A stretch of DNA of 64,000 bases from Gammaproteobacteria bacterium (GTDB lineage: Bacteria; Pseudomonadota; Gammaproteobacteria; JBCCGL01). Each line of letters opens with the position of its first letter. The stretch's first letter is position 1. The stretch spans positions 4,128,001 through 4,192,000 of the forward strand of contig OZ255836.1 of assembly GCA_965277715.1 (NCBI GenBank). The letters run 5' to 3'. Below are positions 51,472 through 60,773 of this stretch, piece after piece. A program made the translations under genes and the position numbers. The notes below the pieces were generated by a model, which made no database searches, had not been told where the DNA came from, and was given only the letters and a program-made list of their open reading frames with translations.

Positions 51472-52534
51472 AAAAATAATCGACTTGCGCAGTGATACCG
51501 TTACCCGGCCCTGTGCCGAGATGCGTAAACTGATGGCCAGCGCAGCGGTGGGTGATGATGTATACGGTGATGATCCCACAGTAAACCGGCTCGAAGCCGT
51601 GGCGGCGGAAAGGACAGCGCACGAGGCGGCATTGTTCTGTTCCTCGGGAACACAAACCAATTTACTGGCGCTGATGACGCATTGCCAGCGCGGTGATGAG
51701 TATATTGTCGGTGGCAACGCCCACACCTATAAATACGAAGGCGGTGGTGCCGCTGTGCTGGGCAGTATCCAGCCACAACCTATCGAGTTTGAGGCAGACG
51801 GCACGCTTGATCTCAACAAGGTGGCGTCGGTCATCAAGGAAGACGATTTTCACTTTGCCCGCACCAAACTACTGGCGCTGGAAAACACAACAGGCGGCAA
51901 GGTGATTCCGCAATCGTATATTGCCGAGGCAAAACAACTGGCTACGCAGCACAATCTGTCGTTGCATCTCGATGGTGCGCGGGTTGCCAATGCCGCTGTT
52001 GCCCAGAACCTCTCCCTGGGCGATATCACCCGACAATTCGACTCGGTATCGGTGTGCCTGTCCAAAGGACTGGGCGCGCCCATCGGCTCGGTATTATGCG
52101 GTTCAAAAGCGTTTATCGACGCCGCCAGAAGAACGCGAAAAATGTTGGGAGGTGGCATGCGCCAGGCGGGTGTTATAGCCGCTGCGGCGCTCTATGCGCT
52201 GGAAAACAATGTTGATCGCCTGCGTGAAGATCACGAAAATGCCGCGTATTTTGCCGATTGTTTAGCGCAACTTGGCAGTGACGAAATACAGGTGTTTGAT
52301 GTGCAAACCAATATGGTTTTTATCCGGCTCGATGAACGGTTGCTGTATTCGTTGAATAAATACCTGTTTGACCGCCAGGTGATTTTTATTAACAACCCTG
52401 ACAATGGGGGCATTCCACAGCGCAGAAAACAAATTACCCGGTTGGTTATGCACAAGGATATTGCACGCAGTGATATTGATGTGATACTTGGTTTGATTGC
52501 GCAGTTTTTGCGGCAATTTGTGCCTGGCACCTGA
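51464..52534 (+). CDS. ltaE: low-specificity L-threonine aldolase
   Basis: IDLRSDTVTRP, VGDDVYGDDP, HLDGAR, CLSKGLGAP, GGGMRQAG. Confidence 0.95.
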   Translation: MNEKIIDLRSDTVTRPCAEMRKLMASAAVGDDVYGDDPTVNRLEAVAAERTAHEAALFCSSGTQTNLLALMTHCQRGDEYIVGGNAHTYKYEGGGAAVLGSIQPQPIEFEADGTLDLNKVASVIKEDDFHFARTKLLALENTTGGKVIPQSYIAEAKQLATQHNLSLHLDGARVANAAVAQNLSLGDITRQFDSVSVCLSKGLGAPIGSVLCGSKAFIDAARRTRKMLGGGMRQAGVIAAAALYALENNVDRLREDHENAAYFADCLAQLGSDEIQVFDVQTNMVFIRLDERLLYSLNKYLFDRQVIFINNPDNGGIPQRRKQITRLVMHKDIARSDIDVILGLIAQFLRQFVPGT

Positions 52535-52738
52535 ATGTGACTTTTTGATAAAGCTGAGAGGCGGGTGCTTTGATCAGGCCAATTGATTCTTGGGTTAAAA
52601 CGACAAATGGCTATTACAGGGTTTGGTTGTAGCGGGCTGGAGGACGCTCTGAGGGCGTTGGTGTTTTTTTAAAAGGTTGCTGGGGTGTGTGGCAGTGAAT
52701 AGTAGGAATAACCGTTAATTGTACCTATCAATGGAAAA

Positions 52739-54787
52739 CTAGAGCACATCCAACCCTCCCGAAAAAAACCGCGTGGAATCATAAATAGCCGCATGAATAT
52801 TGCGTGAAGCAACGGCATCACCAACACGCAATAAACTGAATAAACCATCAGGATTTATTTTGGGTAGCACAATGCTTCCCTCAGCCAACGCTGGAATATC
52901 CACTGCACCACCGTTGCGGGAATCCGGCACCAGTTCTTCGAACACATCGGTCATTGATAACAATGCGCCTTCGGTAACAACATGATCCACTGTTTGTTCA
53001 CGCACTTCCTGTGTCAATACATTGCGCATTGTCACTAAATACTTGCTGGGGGTTTTTTGGATGGAGAGAAGCTCGGTGTGTGTTTCAAATTTGACACGCC
53101 GTTTATACAGCTCGCGCATGACCACCGATGAATTAGTCGGCCCTAACTCGATCAACGGCGTTCGATCCGGCGTTTTCCAAAAAACGGTGGCCCCTTTATC
53201 TGCCATGACTTCTGCAGCGACAGCGGCCTGATGATCCCCCCGATCATCAAACAACAAAATATCCCCTGCGACGCTTTCGCCCAAAAGTATGTCCCACGTT
53301 GAGTGGGCAAAATGACCGCCTTCAATCGTCAGTGACGCAGGCACGCCGCCGGTGGCAATCACAACGAGATCGGGATTTTCTGCCAGTACTTCTTCTTTTT
53401 CGGCATAGCAGTTGTAGCGAATATCCACGCCACTTTGTTTTATCTGTGAGGCGAGCCAGTCGCCAACGCCAAGGATCTGTTTGCGCGTTTTGCCCTGTCC
53501 CGCCAATACAATCTGGCCACCCAACCGCTCCGATGCCTCAAACAGTACAACCTCAAAACCGCGCAATTGCAGTATTCGCGCAGCCTCCATACCCGCAGGG
53601 CCACCACCGACAACGACCGCTTTCTTTTTGCTGTCGAGGTCACGCACAATAATGTGTTGCAGGTGTGCTTCTCGCCCCGCCACCGAATTATGCCCACACA
53701 GGGCATCTTTGCCTTGGTTGACCCGGTCAACGCAATAACCCAGGCCAACACAGGGGCGAATATCGCCCTCGCGCTGTGCGGAGAGTTTTTGCACCAGATA
53801 GGGGTCAGCGATGTGCGCACGCGTCATGCCGATCATATCCACTTTGTTTTCCGCGACCGCCCAGCGTGCTGTGGCAATATCAGCGACACCGCCAGCGTGA
53901 AAAACGGGCAGCGACACTGCCGCCCGCAGGTGCCCGGCAATGTTGACGTGTGGCGCAGAGGGATTGCCCATTGGTGGCACCCAATCAGCCAGCCCTAAAT
54001 CATCGTAGGGCGCACCGGCGAACACATTGAGAAAATCAACCATGCCGCTCGCTTCCAATAAGCGTGCAATTTCAATGCATTCCCCGGCATCGAGCCCACC
54101 CTCGATCAGCTCATCTCCCGCTATGCGCAAACCAATGATAAATTCATCACCGACGCGATCACGCACCGCCTCGACGACCTCCCGCATCAGGCGCAACCGA
54201 TTGTCCAAATCGCCGCCGTAATTATCACTGCGCCTATTAATGAGTGGCGATAAAAACTGCCCCAGTAAATGCGAATGTGACAATAACTCGATACCATCAA
54301 AACCGCCTTTCTGGCAGCGTGCGGCGGCATCGGCAAAGTCATTGGTCACGCGCTTTATATCGTGTACATCCATGGGTTTTGGGTAACTGCGGTGTGCGCG
54401 TTCGCGGGTAGCGGATGGTCCAATAACTGGCAGCCAGCTCCCGTAGTCACCAACCGTTCGACGCCCCATATGCGTGATTTGGCACATGATCGCCGCCCCG
54501 TGTGATTTAACCCCCTCGGTGAGTTTTTGAAACCAGGGAATAATGCTGTCATCGCCCGCGTAGAGCTGGCCAAATACGGATGGGCTGTCGGGCGAGATAT
54601 TTGTCGAACCACCAATCATGGTGAGTGCCACACCGCCTTTTGCTTTTTCTTCGTGGTAGAGCCGATAGCGATCACGCGGGTGCCCGCCTTCGGCATAGGC
54701 GGGCGCGTGTGATGTGCTCAAAATACGGTTGCGCAGTTGTAGGTGGCGCAATTGAAACGGTTGCAATAATGGGTCTTTGGGTGTCAT
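52739..54787 (-). CDS. NADH:flavin oxidoreductase, N-methylproline demethylase (StcD)-like
   Basis: DPLLQPFQL.HL.LRNRI, OYE barrel, RPCVGLGYCVDR Fe-S motif, VVGGGPAGMEAA, GDAVASRNIHAAIYD. Confidence 0.8.
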   Translation of the reverse strand: MTPKDPLLQPFQLRHLQLRNRILSTSHAPAYAEGGHPRDRYRLYHEEKAKGGVALTMIGGSTNISPDSPSVFGQLYAGDDSIIPWFQKLTEGVKSHGAAIMCQITHMGRRTVGDYGSWLPVIGPSATRERAHRSYPKPMDVHDIKRVTNDFADAAARCQKGGFDGIELLSHSHLLGQFLSPLINRRSDNYGGDLDNRLRLMREVVEAVRDRVGDEFIIGLRIAGDELIEGGLDAGECIEIARLLEASGMVDFLNVFAGAPYDDLGLADWVPPMGNPSAPHVNIAGHLRAAVSLPVFHAGGVADIATARWAVAENKVDMIGMTRAHIADPYLVQKLSAQREGDIRPCVGLGYCVDRVNQGKDALCGHNSVAGREAHLQHIIVRDLDSKKKAVVVGGGPAGMEAARILQLRGFEVVLFEASERLGGQIVLAGQGKTRKQILGVGDWLASQIKQSGVDIRYNCYAEKEEVLAENPDLVVIATGGVPASLTIEGGHFAHSTWDILLGESVAGDILLFDDRGDHQAAVAAEVMADKGATVFWKTPDRTPLIELGPTNSSVVMRELYKRRVKFETHTELLSIQKTPSKYLVTMRNVLTQEVREQTVDHVVTEGALLSMTDVFEELVPDSRNGGAVDIPALAEGSIVLPKINPDGLFSLLRVGDAVASRNIHAAIYDSTRFFSGGLDVL

Positions 54788-54872
54788 GGATTACTCGTTA
54801 TTCAGTGCATCAACGGCGGGAATTTCCTGTTCCCGCCGTGCAATATAGTCCAGCAGCGCCTCGCTAACTGCT

Positions 54873-55238
54873 TTAGGCATTGCACTCAAAGGCATTTTTA
54901 ATCCACTCGATTTCAGGCGGTTGATCGCTGTTTTGTGAAATAGCGATAACATCAAAGCGTGCCGGGATGTTGGCAGGGGCTTTTGTCGCAAGGTAGTGCT
55001 GGGCTGTTTTACAGAGTTTCTTTTGTTTCTTTGTGTCGATGCTGACAACACTACTGAGGTAACTCCCCGCCCCGCGAAAACGCACTTCGATGAATACCAG
55101 TGATGCCCGGTCGCGCATTACCAGATCGATCTCTCCCCAGCGACAGTGGAAGTTTTCCGCAATAAATACCAGTGAATGCGCTTCCAGGTGGTGGCGGGCT
55201 ATACGCTCAAAATATTTTCCACGCTCACGTTTGTCCAT
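54873..55238 (-). CDS. yraN: YraN (UPF0102) family endonuclease-like protein
   Basis: GEIDLVM, LVFIEVRFR, RFDVIA, WIKNAF; follows lpoA. Confidence 0.9.
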   Translation of the reverse strand: MDKRERGKYFERIARHHLEAHSLVFIAENFHCRWGEIDLVMRDRASLVFIEVRFRGAGSYLSSVVSIDTKKQKKLCKTAQHYLATKAPANIPARFDVIAISQNSDQPPEIEWIKNAFECNA

Positions 55239-57192
55239 CGGCTTTATTGGGGTTGATTTCACTGTCGGGGAGCAGAGGGGCAGGGGTGGGTACTGTCGGC
55301 AATTTTACTGGCACACCTTCGATAAAACGCGCCCACTGTAAATGCCGTTGGATCCGCTGATTGACCCCGAGTGTCAGGTTGCCGGTGCGGCCTGGGTGGG
55401 CGAATGTGGGGTCGCTACGCAGAGTGTTTAGGTGCGGGAGTAGCTGATAGGCGTCGATTCCCAGTGCATACAGCCGCGCTAAACTGTTTTTCTGTGACCA
55501 GTGCGCATTGACCTGTTGGTACAGCGGTGAGTTATCAGCCGCATCGCTCAATAACCAGGGGATGTCGCATACTAATAAGCCGTTCATGTCGCTGTCTTTA
55601 AGCGCATCGTGGGTGCCACTGAATACTTTTGAGGTGGCGTAGATGGGTATATCGCCACCGCGATGGAATTTGAACTGCGGGGTGATTTCCCGGGCGGGTT
55701 GGGCGGCGGCGGCGAGAAAAATAAAATCGACATCCTGACGCCGCTGCGGCTCGAACTCCAGTTTGCGACCGAGGATATTTTGCAGCGTATTCTTTCTCGA
55801 TTGGCTGCGATCCAGGTTTAACAGCCGCTGGATCTGTTGTGAAAAATCGTGGGTGTCCGCTGCGAATGTTTGTGCATCGAGCAGGGTGCCTCCCAACTCG
55901 TGCAGGCGCTGTTTGAGTGCACCCGCCAGGCGGTTGCCCCAGGCGCTGTCAGGGGTGAGTACTACGGCTCGCATATGACCCTGGTTAACGGCAAACTCAG
56001 CGGCGGTACGCGCTTCATCTTCCGGCAGTAGCCCAAACTGAAACAGATTGTCTGGCACCGATGTGTCACTGTTTTGCCGGTAATTTAATCCCAGCGTGGG
56101 AACCTCAAGCGTTTGCTGTGCTGCCAGTAGGCCGATACTGGCTTTATCGAGTGGGCCGATGATGACCTGTGCACCTTCACTGACCGCCAGTGCGTGGTGT
56201 TGCAAAATATCGAGACGGGTATCACTCACATCATAGAGGCGAATGCCTGGCCGGGTCGCTGAATTATCGGCATAGTAGGCGGCAAAAAAACCATCGCGAA
56301 CGGCGGTCGCAATAGTGCCCAGCTTGCCGCTGAATGGCAACAGCAGGGCGATCTGTCCGGTGGTGTCGATGGCTTCGTTGGTCTGCTCAACTAACCATAA
56401 GGCGAATTGTTCTGTGGCCGGGTGCAGTGGAAACTGCCGCGCCCAGGCAGGCACTGTATTTTTAAGTTGGCCGCGTTGCCGACGGGTGTTGCGTACGGTT
56501 TGTGTAAGTGCCAGCCACCCCTGGTAGGTACTGCCATTGCCTGTGTTAATCAGGCTCGCCAGTTGAATATCGGTCTGTTTATCGAGGATATGCCAGATCT
56601 GCTGATGGTTTTGCGCCACCTCTTCATCGTCGCTTAATACCTGTGTGAGTTGCATCCGCGCCAGCAGGGCGTTTTCGATGTCGCCCAGTGTCTGGTGGGC
56701 TTGTGCCGCCACTCGCTGTGCGTGAACCTGCAAATGCTCGGGAACCCCCGCCAGGTCGGCAGGCAGTAATGCCAGGGCTTTTTCTGCTTCACCGAGTGCG
56801 ATTGCAATACGTGCGGCGTCGATCTGGTGGCGTTTTGCCAGGCCAGGTGTCGCGTCGGGTTGGGTGATGGTGCGCAGCTTCTCGCTGGCCATGTCTATAT
56901 GCCCGGCATCGAGCAATGCCTCGATGGCTTTTAACTCGAAATCCTGTCGCTGTGCGGGGTCGGTACTGTCTGCCGCCAGTACGGTATACACCTGTACAGC
57001 ATCGAAAACCTGCCCCTGGCTGAGCAGTTGCAACGCTTCGGTTTCGCGTGTGGCAGGCTCGGGGGTACTTTCGGTTGATTGCTGCGTCTCAGGTGAGAGG
57101 CAGGCCGTCAGAGAAACAGCCAATAAACAATAGGTGGCGAGTGCGCGGAGGGTTTTGCCAATGTGTGTTGCAGGAGTATATACAGTGGTCAT
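55225..57192 (-). CDS. lpoA: penicillin-binding protein activator LpoA
   Basis: lipobox LTAC, GWLAL, IALLLP, IIGPLDK, FQFGLLPEDEA, RLYALGIDAY; divergent from rsmI. Confidence 0.9.
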   Translation of the reverse strand: MTTVYTPATHIGKTLRALATYCLLAVSLTACLSPETQQSTESTPEPATRETEALQLLSQGQVFDAVQVYTVLAADSTDPAQRQDFELKAIEALLDAGHIDMASEKLRTITQPDATPGLAKRHQIDAARIAIALGEAEKALALLPADLAGVPEHLQVHAQRVAAQAHQTLGDIENALLARMQLTQVLSDDEEVAQNHQQIWHILDKQTDIQLASLINTGNGSTYQGWLALTQTVRNTRRQRGQLKNTVPAWARQFPLHPATEQFALWLVEQTNEAIDTTGQIALLLPFSGKLGTIATAVRDGFFAAYYADNSATRPGIRLYDVSDTRLDILQHHALAVSEGAQVIIGPLDKASIGLLAAQQTLEVPTLGLNYRQNSDTSVPDNLFQFGLLPEDEARTAAEFAVNQGHMRAVVLTPDSAWGNRLAGALKQRLHELGGTLLDAQTFAADTHDFSQQIQRLLNLDRSQSRKNTLQNILGRKLEFEPQRRQDVDFIFLAAAAQPAREITPQFKFHRGGDIPIYATSKVFSGTHDALKDSDMNGLLVCDIPWLLSDAADNSPLYQQVNAHWSQKNSLARLYALGIDAYQLLPHLNTLRSDPTFAHPGRTGNLTLGVNQRIQRHLQWARFIEGVPVKLPTVPTPAPLLPDSEINPNKADGQT

Positions 57193-57313
57193 TACAGGGG
57201 TTGTGTGTGCGGGGCGATAGCGGCATTCTAGCAGCGTTGTACAATCGCTAATAGAGGGTTTCGGAAAACGTTGTGAGCGCAGTGGTTTTCCGGTATCTCA
57301 ATAGGAAAAATAC

Positions 57314-58150
57314 GTGCTTGAAAATGGGGTCCTTTATATTGTCGCCACACCTATCGGTAATCTCGGTGATATCTCTGCGCGCGCGCGCGAGGTATTGGGG
57401 GCCGCTACTGAGGTGTGGGTGGAAGACACCCGGCACAGCAGGAAGCTGTTTCAACACCTGGCGATTTCGCCGCGTGTATTTGCCTGCCACGATCACAACG
57501 AATTCCGGCGTGTTGAGGTTTTGTTGGAAAAACTGCGAAACGGCGACAGTATTGCGTTGATCTCTGATGCGGGAACGCCATTGATCAGTGACCCCGGTTA
57601 TCGGTTGGTTTGCGCCTGCCGACAGCGGGGGTTTCCTGTGCGGCCGGTGCCAGGGGCATCGGCACTGGTTGCGGCTTTGTCGGTTAGCGGGCTGGCCACT
57701 GACCGCTTTGCATTTGAAGGGTTTTTGCCAAGTAAACCGGCAGCGCGGGATGCGCGCCTGCGAGCGCTTGCCGATGAAACGCGCACGTTGGTTTTCTATG
57801 AGTCGAGCCACCGTATAAAGGTGAGTGTGTCGGCGATGCGGGCGCACTTTGGGGCTGACAGGGCGGCGGTTATTGCACGTGAACTGACCAAGTTGCATGA
57901 GACGGTGTTGGCCGATACGCTGGGTCTGTTGAGTCAGCGCATCGCGGCGGACACCATGCAACAAAAAGGGGAGTTTGTGGTGATGGTGGCTGGGGCTGAA
58001 CCGTTGGCTGATGACGCGTCGGCTGAGTTGAAACGGGTTTTAGGGTTGCTGCTCCCGGAGATGTCAGCCAGGCGGGCGGCGGTGGTTGCCGCCGGGATTA
58101 CTGGGGTGGGGAAGAATCAGGCGTATCGGGTGGCGATTGATTTGGGGTGA
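57314..58150 (+). CDS. rsmI: 16S rRNA C1402 2'-O-methyltransferase
   Basis: LYIVATPIGNLGDIS, SDAGTPLISDPG, FEGFLP, RELTKLHE. Confidence 0.97.
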   Translation: MLENGVLYIVATPIGNLGDISARAREVLGAATEVWVEDTRHSRKLFQHLAISPRVFACHDHNEFRRVEVLLEKLRNGDSIALISDAGTPLISDPGYRLVCACRQRGFPVRPVPGASALVAALSVSGLATDRFAFEGFLPSKPAARDARLRALADETRTLVFYESSHRIKVSVSAMRAHFGADRAAVIARELTKLHETVLADTLGLLSQRIAADTMQQKGEFVVMVAGAEPLADDASAELKRVLGLLLPEMSARRAAVVAAGITGVGKNQAYRVAIDLG

Positions 58151-58224
58151 GGGAGAGGATGGGGATGCAATGGGCATCGTCGGCAGTCCAAGGCAAGTGG
58201 GGAAGCTGGCATTTGTTCCGGCAT

Positions 58225-58382
58225 AAATTATTTAAAAATATCTATGAAGTGGTAGAAGATTGCCTGGGTATCGAGGTGTCACCGACGTTGTTGGAGGACG
58301 GTGCCGAAATATTGGAAATTGCCCTGTGAAAGCGGTATCGGGTAAGCGTTTTGTGCGTTTACTCGAATTCTGTGAAAGGTAG
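58225..58382 (+). pseudogene. decayed hicB-hicA toxin-antitoxin remnant
   Basis: LFKNIYEVVEDCL...ILEIAL* (HicB-like C-terminus) overlaps by GTGA with MKAVSGKRFVRLLE (HicA-like N-terminus), which stops after 18 aa. Confidence 0.55.
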
Positions 58383-58462
58383 GCTGCTGATTTATTGGTA
58401 GTGTTAAGTTGTGCCTCTGTAGAGTGATGTATACGGCTTGCCAATATGTTAGAGTCGCTCCC

Positions 58463-58820
58463 GGAGTCGGCCAGGCAGTCGCTGCGTATGTGTCTTGATA
58501 TATACGGGGAGGAAAGTCCGGGCTCCATAGGGCAGGGTGCCAGGTAACACCTGGGGGGCGTGAGCCTACGGCCAGTGCAGCAGAGAGTAGACCGCCTAAG
58601 CAGATGTGAATCTGCCGGTAAGGGTGAAAGGGTGTGGTAAGAGCACACCGCGCCTGTGGTAACACAGAGTGGCATGGTAAACCCCACTCGGAGCAAGACC
58701 AAATAGGGGAACAATGCGTGGCCCACGCAGTTCCCGGGTAGGTCGCTTGAGGCTTGCGGTGACGCAAGTCCCAGATGAATGATTGCCCTCGACAGAACCC
58801 GGCTTATGGCCGACTCCACT
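58463..58820 (+). ncRNA. rnpB: RNase P RNA (type A)
   Basis: GAGGAAAGTCCGGGCTC, GGTAAACCCC, ACAGAACCCGGCTTA; P1 ends GGAGTCGGCCA/TGGCCGACTCC; position between rsmI and mraZ. Confidence 0.98.
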
Positions 58821-59011
58821 CCTAATATATCTTTTAATTATTTGATTTTATTGGTAATTTACTTGTTTTATTAAAGTGAATTATCAAGTAATTCCTGCAA
58901 CACAATGATTGTGTTTTAAATTCTCCTTCTCTCCTTTGTCAGCCATCCCATGATCATCGTAACGCATTGAATTTTAATGCTATTTGTTACCAACTTAGTT
59001 TGGAAATTGAC

Positions 59012-59073
59012 TTGACCCATGCTTTTTTCACTCCTATAGTGTGTAGAAGTGGGTGTTTGTGGGTAATAGTGGT
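59012..59073 (+). promoter_or_regulatory. sigma70 promoter of the dcw cluster with MraZ operator repeats
   Basis: TTGACC-17-TATAGT, then GTG(G) repeats at 10-bp period (59039, 59049, 59059, 59069). Confidence 0.8.
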
Positions 59074-59092
59074 TTATTTAACCTAAGTCAGT

Positions 59093-59554
59093 ATGTTTTT
59101 TCGCGGTGTGAAAACAATCAATCTCGATGCTAAAGGGCGCATGGCTATGCCCCCTAAGTATCGTGAGCACCTGTCTGCTAATTTTGCCGGTGAGTTGATT
59201 GTCACCATCGAAAAATCCAATTGTCTGTTGATTTTCCCCTTGCCCGAATGGGAAAAACGCGAACAACAATTGATGCAGGCGCCTTCTCTCGATCCACAAG
59301 TACAAAGTCTGCAACGTTTATATGTTGGGTATGCCAGTGAAGTCACGCTCGACAGTCAGGGCCGCATTCTGATCCCCCCCTCACTACGGCAGTTTGCCGG
59401 CCTTGAAAAACAGGTGGTGTTGGTGGGGCAGGGGCACAAGTTTGAGTTGTGGGATGAACAGCGCTGGACGGATAACCGCGCAGTCTGGTTAGAGACAGCC
59501 TCGGCTGTGAGTGATTCCAGCCTCCCCGAATCGTTGAAAGACTTCTCATTCTGA
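59093..59554 (+). CDS. mraZ: division/cell-wall cluster repressor MraZ
   Basis: LDAKGRM, LDSQGRILIP, FELWD. Confidence 0.97.
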   Translation: MFFRGVKTINLDAKGRMAMPPKYREHLSANFAGELIVTIEKSNCLLIFPLPEWEKREQQLMQAPSLDPQVQSLQRLYVGYASEVTLDSQGRILIPPSLRQFAGLEKQVVLVGQGHKFELWDEQRWTDNRAVWLETASAVSDSSLPESLKDFSF

Positions 59555-59556
59555 AC

Positions 59557-60507
59557 ATGCCACCCGCCACCGTACATAAATCGGCGCTGCACAAACCGGT
59601 GTTGTTTCATGAAGCGCTGGTGTCGATGGCTATCCTGCCCGGTGGAACGTATATCGATGCCACCTTTGGTCGTGGCGGGCACAGCAGTGAAATAACCTCG
59701 CAGCTAGGCCCGGAGGGGCGGTTGATTGCCCTGGATGCCGACCCGGTGGCGGTGGATTATGCCCGCACCCATTTTGCCGCAGATACACGGTTTACCATTC
59801 ACCACAGCAATTTTGCACAGTTGGCCAGTGTCTGCGAACAGGAAGACATCAGTGGGCGGGTCAACGGTGCGTTGTTTGATCTCGGTGTCTCCTCCCCTCA
59901 GCTCGATGACCCGACACGCGGTTTCAGCTTTTCCAGTGATGGGCCGCTCGATATGCGCATGGATACCTGTAGCGGTGTTTCGGCTCGGGATTGGCTGGCC
60001 CACGCCAGCGAAACAGAGATGGCCGATGTGTTCTGGCAGTACGGTGAAGAGCGCTATAGCCGCCGCATTGCCAGGGCGCTGGCAGCACAGCGCAAGGTAC
60101 AGATTTTCGAAAATACACTGGCACTGGCTGAGGCTGTAAAGGTTGCACACCCGCGCTGGGAACCGGGCAAACACCCCGCGACGCGGGTGTTTCAGGCGAT
60201 TCGTATTTACATCAACCGTGAACTGGAGTCACTGCGTGATGCCCTTGCCAGTGTCGTGGATGTGCTCGCCGTTGGGGGGCGTTTGGTGGTGATCAGCTTT
60301 CACTCACTGGAAGACCGCATCGTCAAACGCTTTATGCGCGGCGACCATATGGCATCGCCGCAGTTGCGCGGCCTGCCAGTAGCGCTTGAGTCGCCCGTTT
60401 GGCCGCTGCGTGCAGTGGGCAGGAAAACCCGCCCTGGCCGGGCCGAGCTGGAGGATAACCCACGGGCGCGCAGCGCGATTATGCGCGTGGCGGAGAAGTG
60501 CGCATGA
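59557..60507 (+). CDS. rsmH: 16S rRNA m4C1402 methyltransferase
   Basis: DATFGRGGHS, DLGVSSPQLD, GPLDMRM, SFHSLEDRIVK, NPRARSA. Confidence 0.98.
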   Translation: MPPATVHKSALHKPVLFHEALVSMAILPGGTYIDATFGRGGHSSEITSQLGPEGRLIALDADPVAVDYARTHFAADTRFTIHHSNFAQLASVCEQEDISGRVNGALFDLGVSSPQLDDPTRGFSFSSDGPLDMRMDTCSGVSARDWLAHASETEMADVFWQYGEERYSRRIARALAAQRKVQIFENTLALAEAVKVAHPRWEPGKHPATRVFQAIRIYINRELESLRDALASVVDVLAVGGRLVVISFHSLEDRIVKRFMRGDHMASPQLRGLPVALESPVWPLRAVGRKTRPGRAELEDNPRARSAIMRVAEKCA

Positions 60508-60773
60508 CGGCGGGCAAAGCGTGGGTGCTGGTGTTGATCGCGCTGGTGTTTGGCAGTGCGATGGGGGTGGTCTACAGCAAACACCTGGCCCGTAGCCTGT
60601 TTGTTGAAGCGCGCAAGCTACAGCTTGTTATCGATACGCTCAACAGCGACTGGGGGCGTTTACAGCTTGAACAGAGCACCTGGGCAACCCACGGTCGGGT
60701 GGAGCAACTGGCCACCGAACAACTGGGTATGTACGTCCCCAATTTTAATCAGCGGGTGATGGTACCGAGATGA
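60504..60773 (+). CDS. ftsL: cell division protein FtsL
   Basis: TM helix, WGRLQLEQST, RVEQLA...LGM; synteny. Confidence 0.95.
   Translation: MTAGKAWVLVLIALVFGSAMGVVYSKHLARSLFVEARKLQLVIDTLNSDWGRLQLEQSTWATHGRVEQLATEQLGMYVPNFNQRVMVPR

Noticed and set aside
58232-58819. Minus-strand ORFs of 195 and 162 aa
   Set aside because: Antisense to the RNase P RNA gene.
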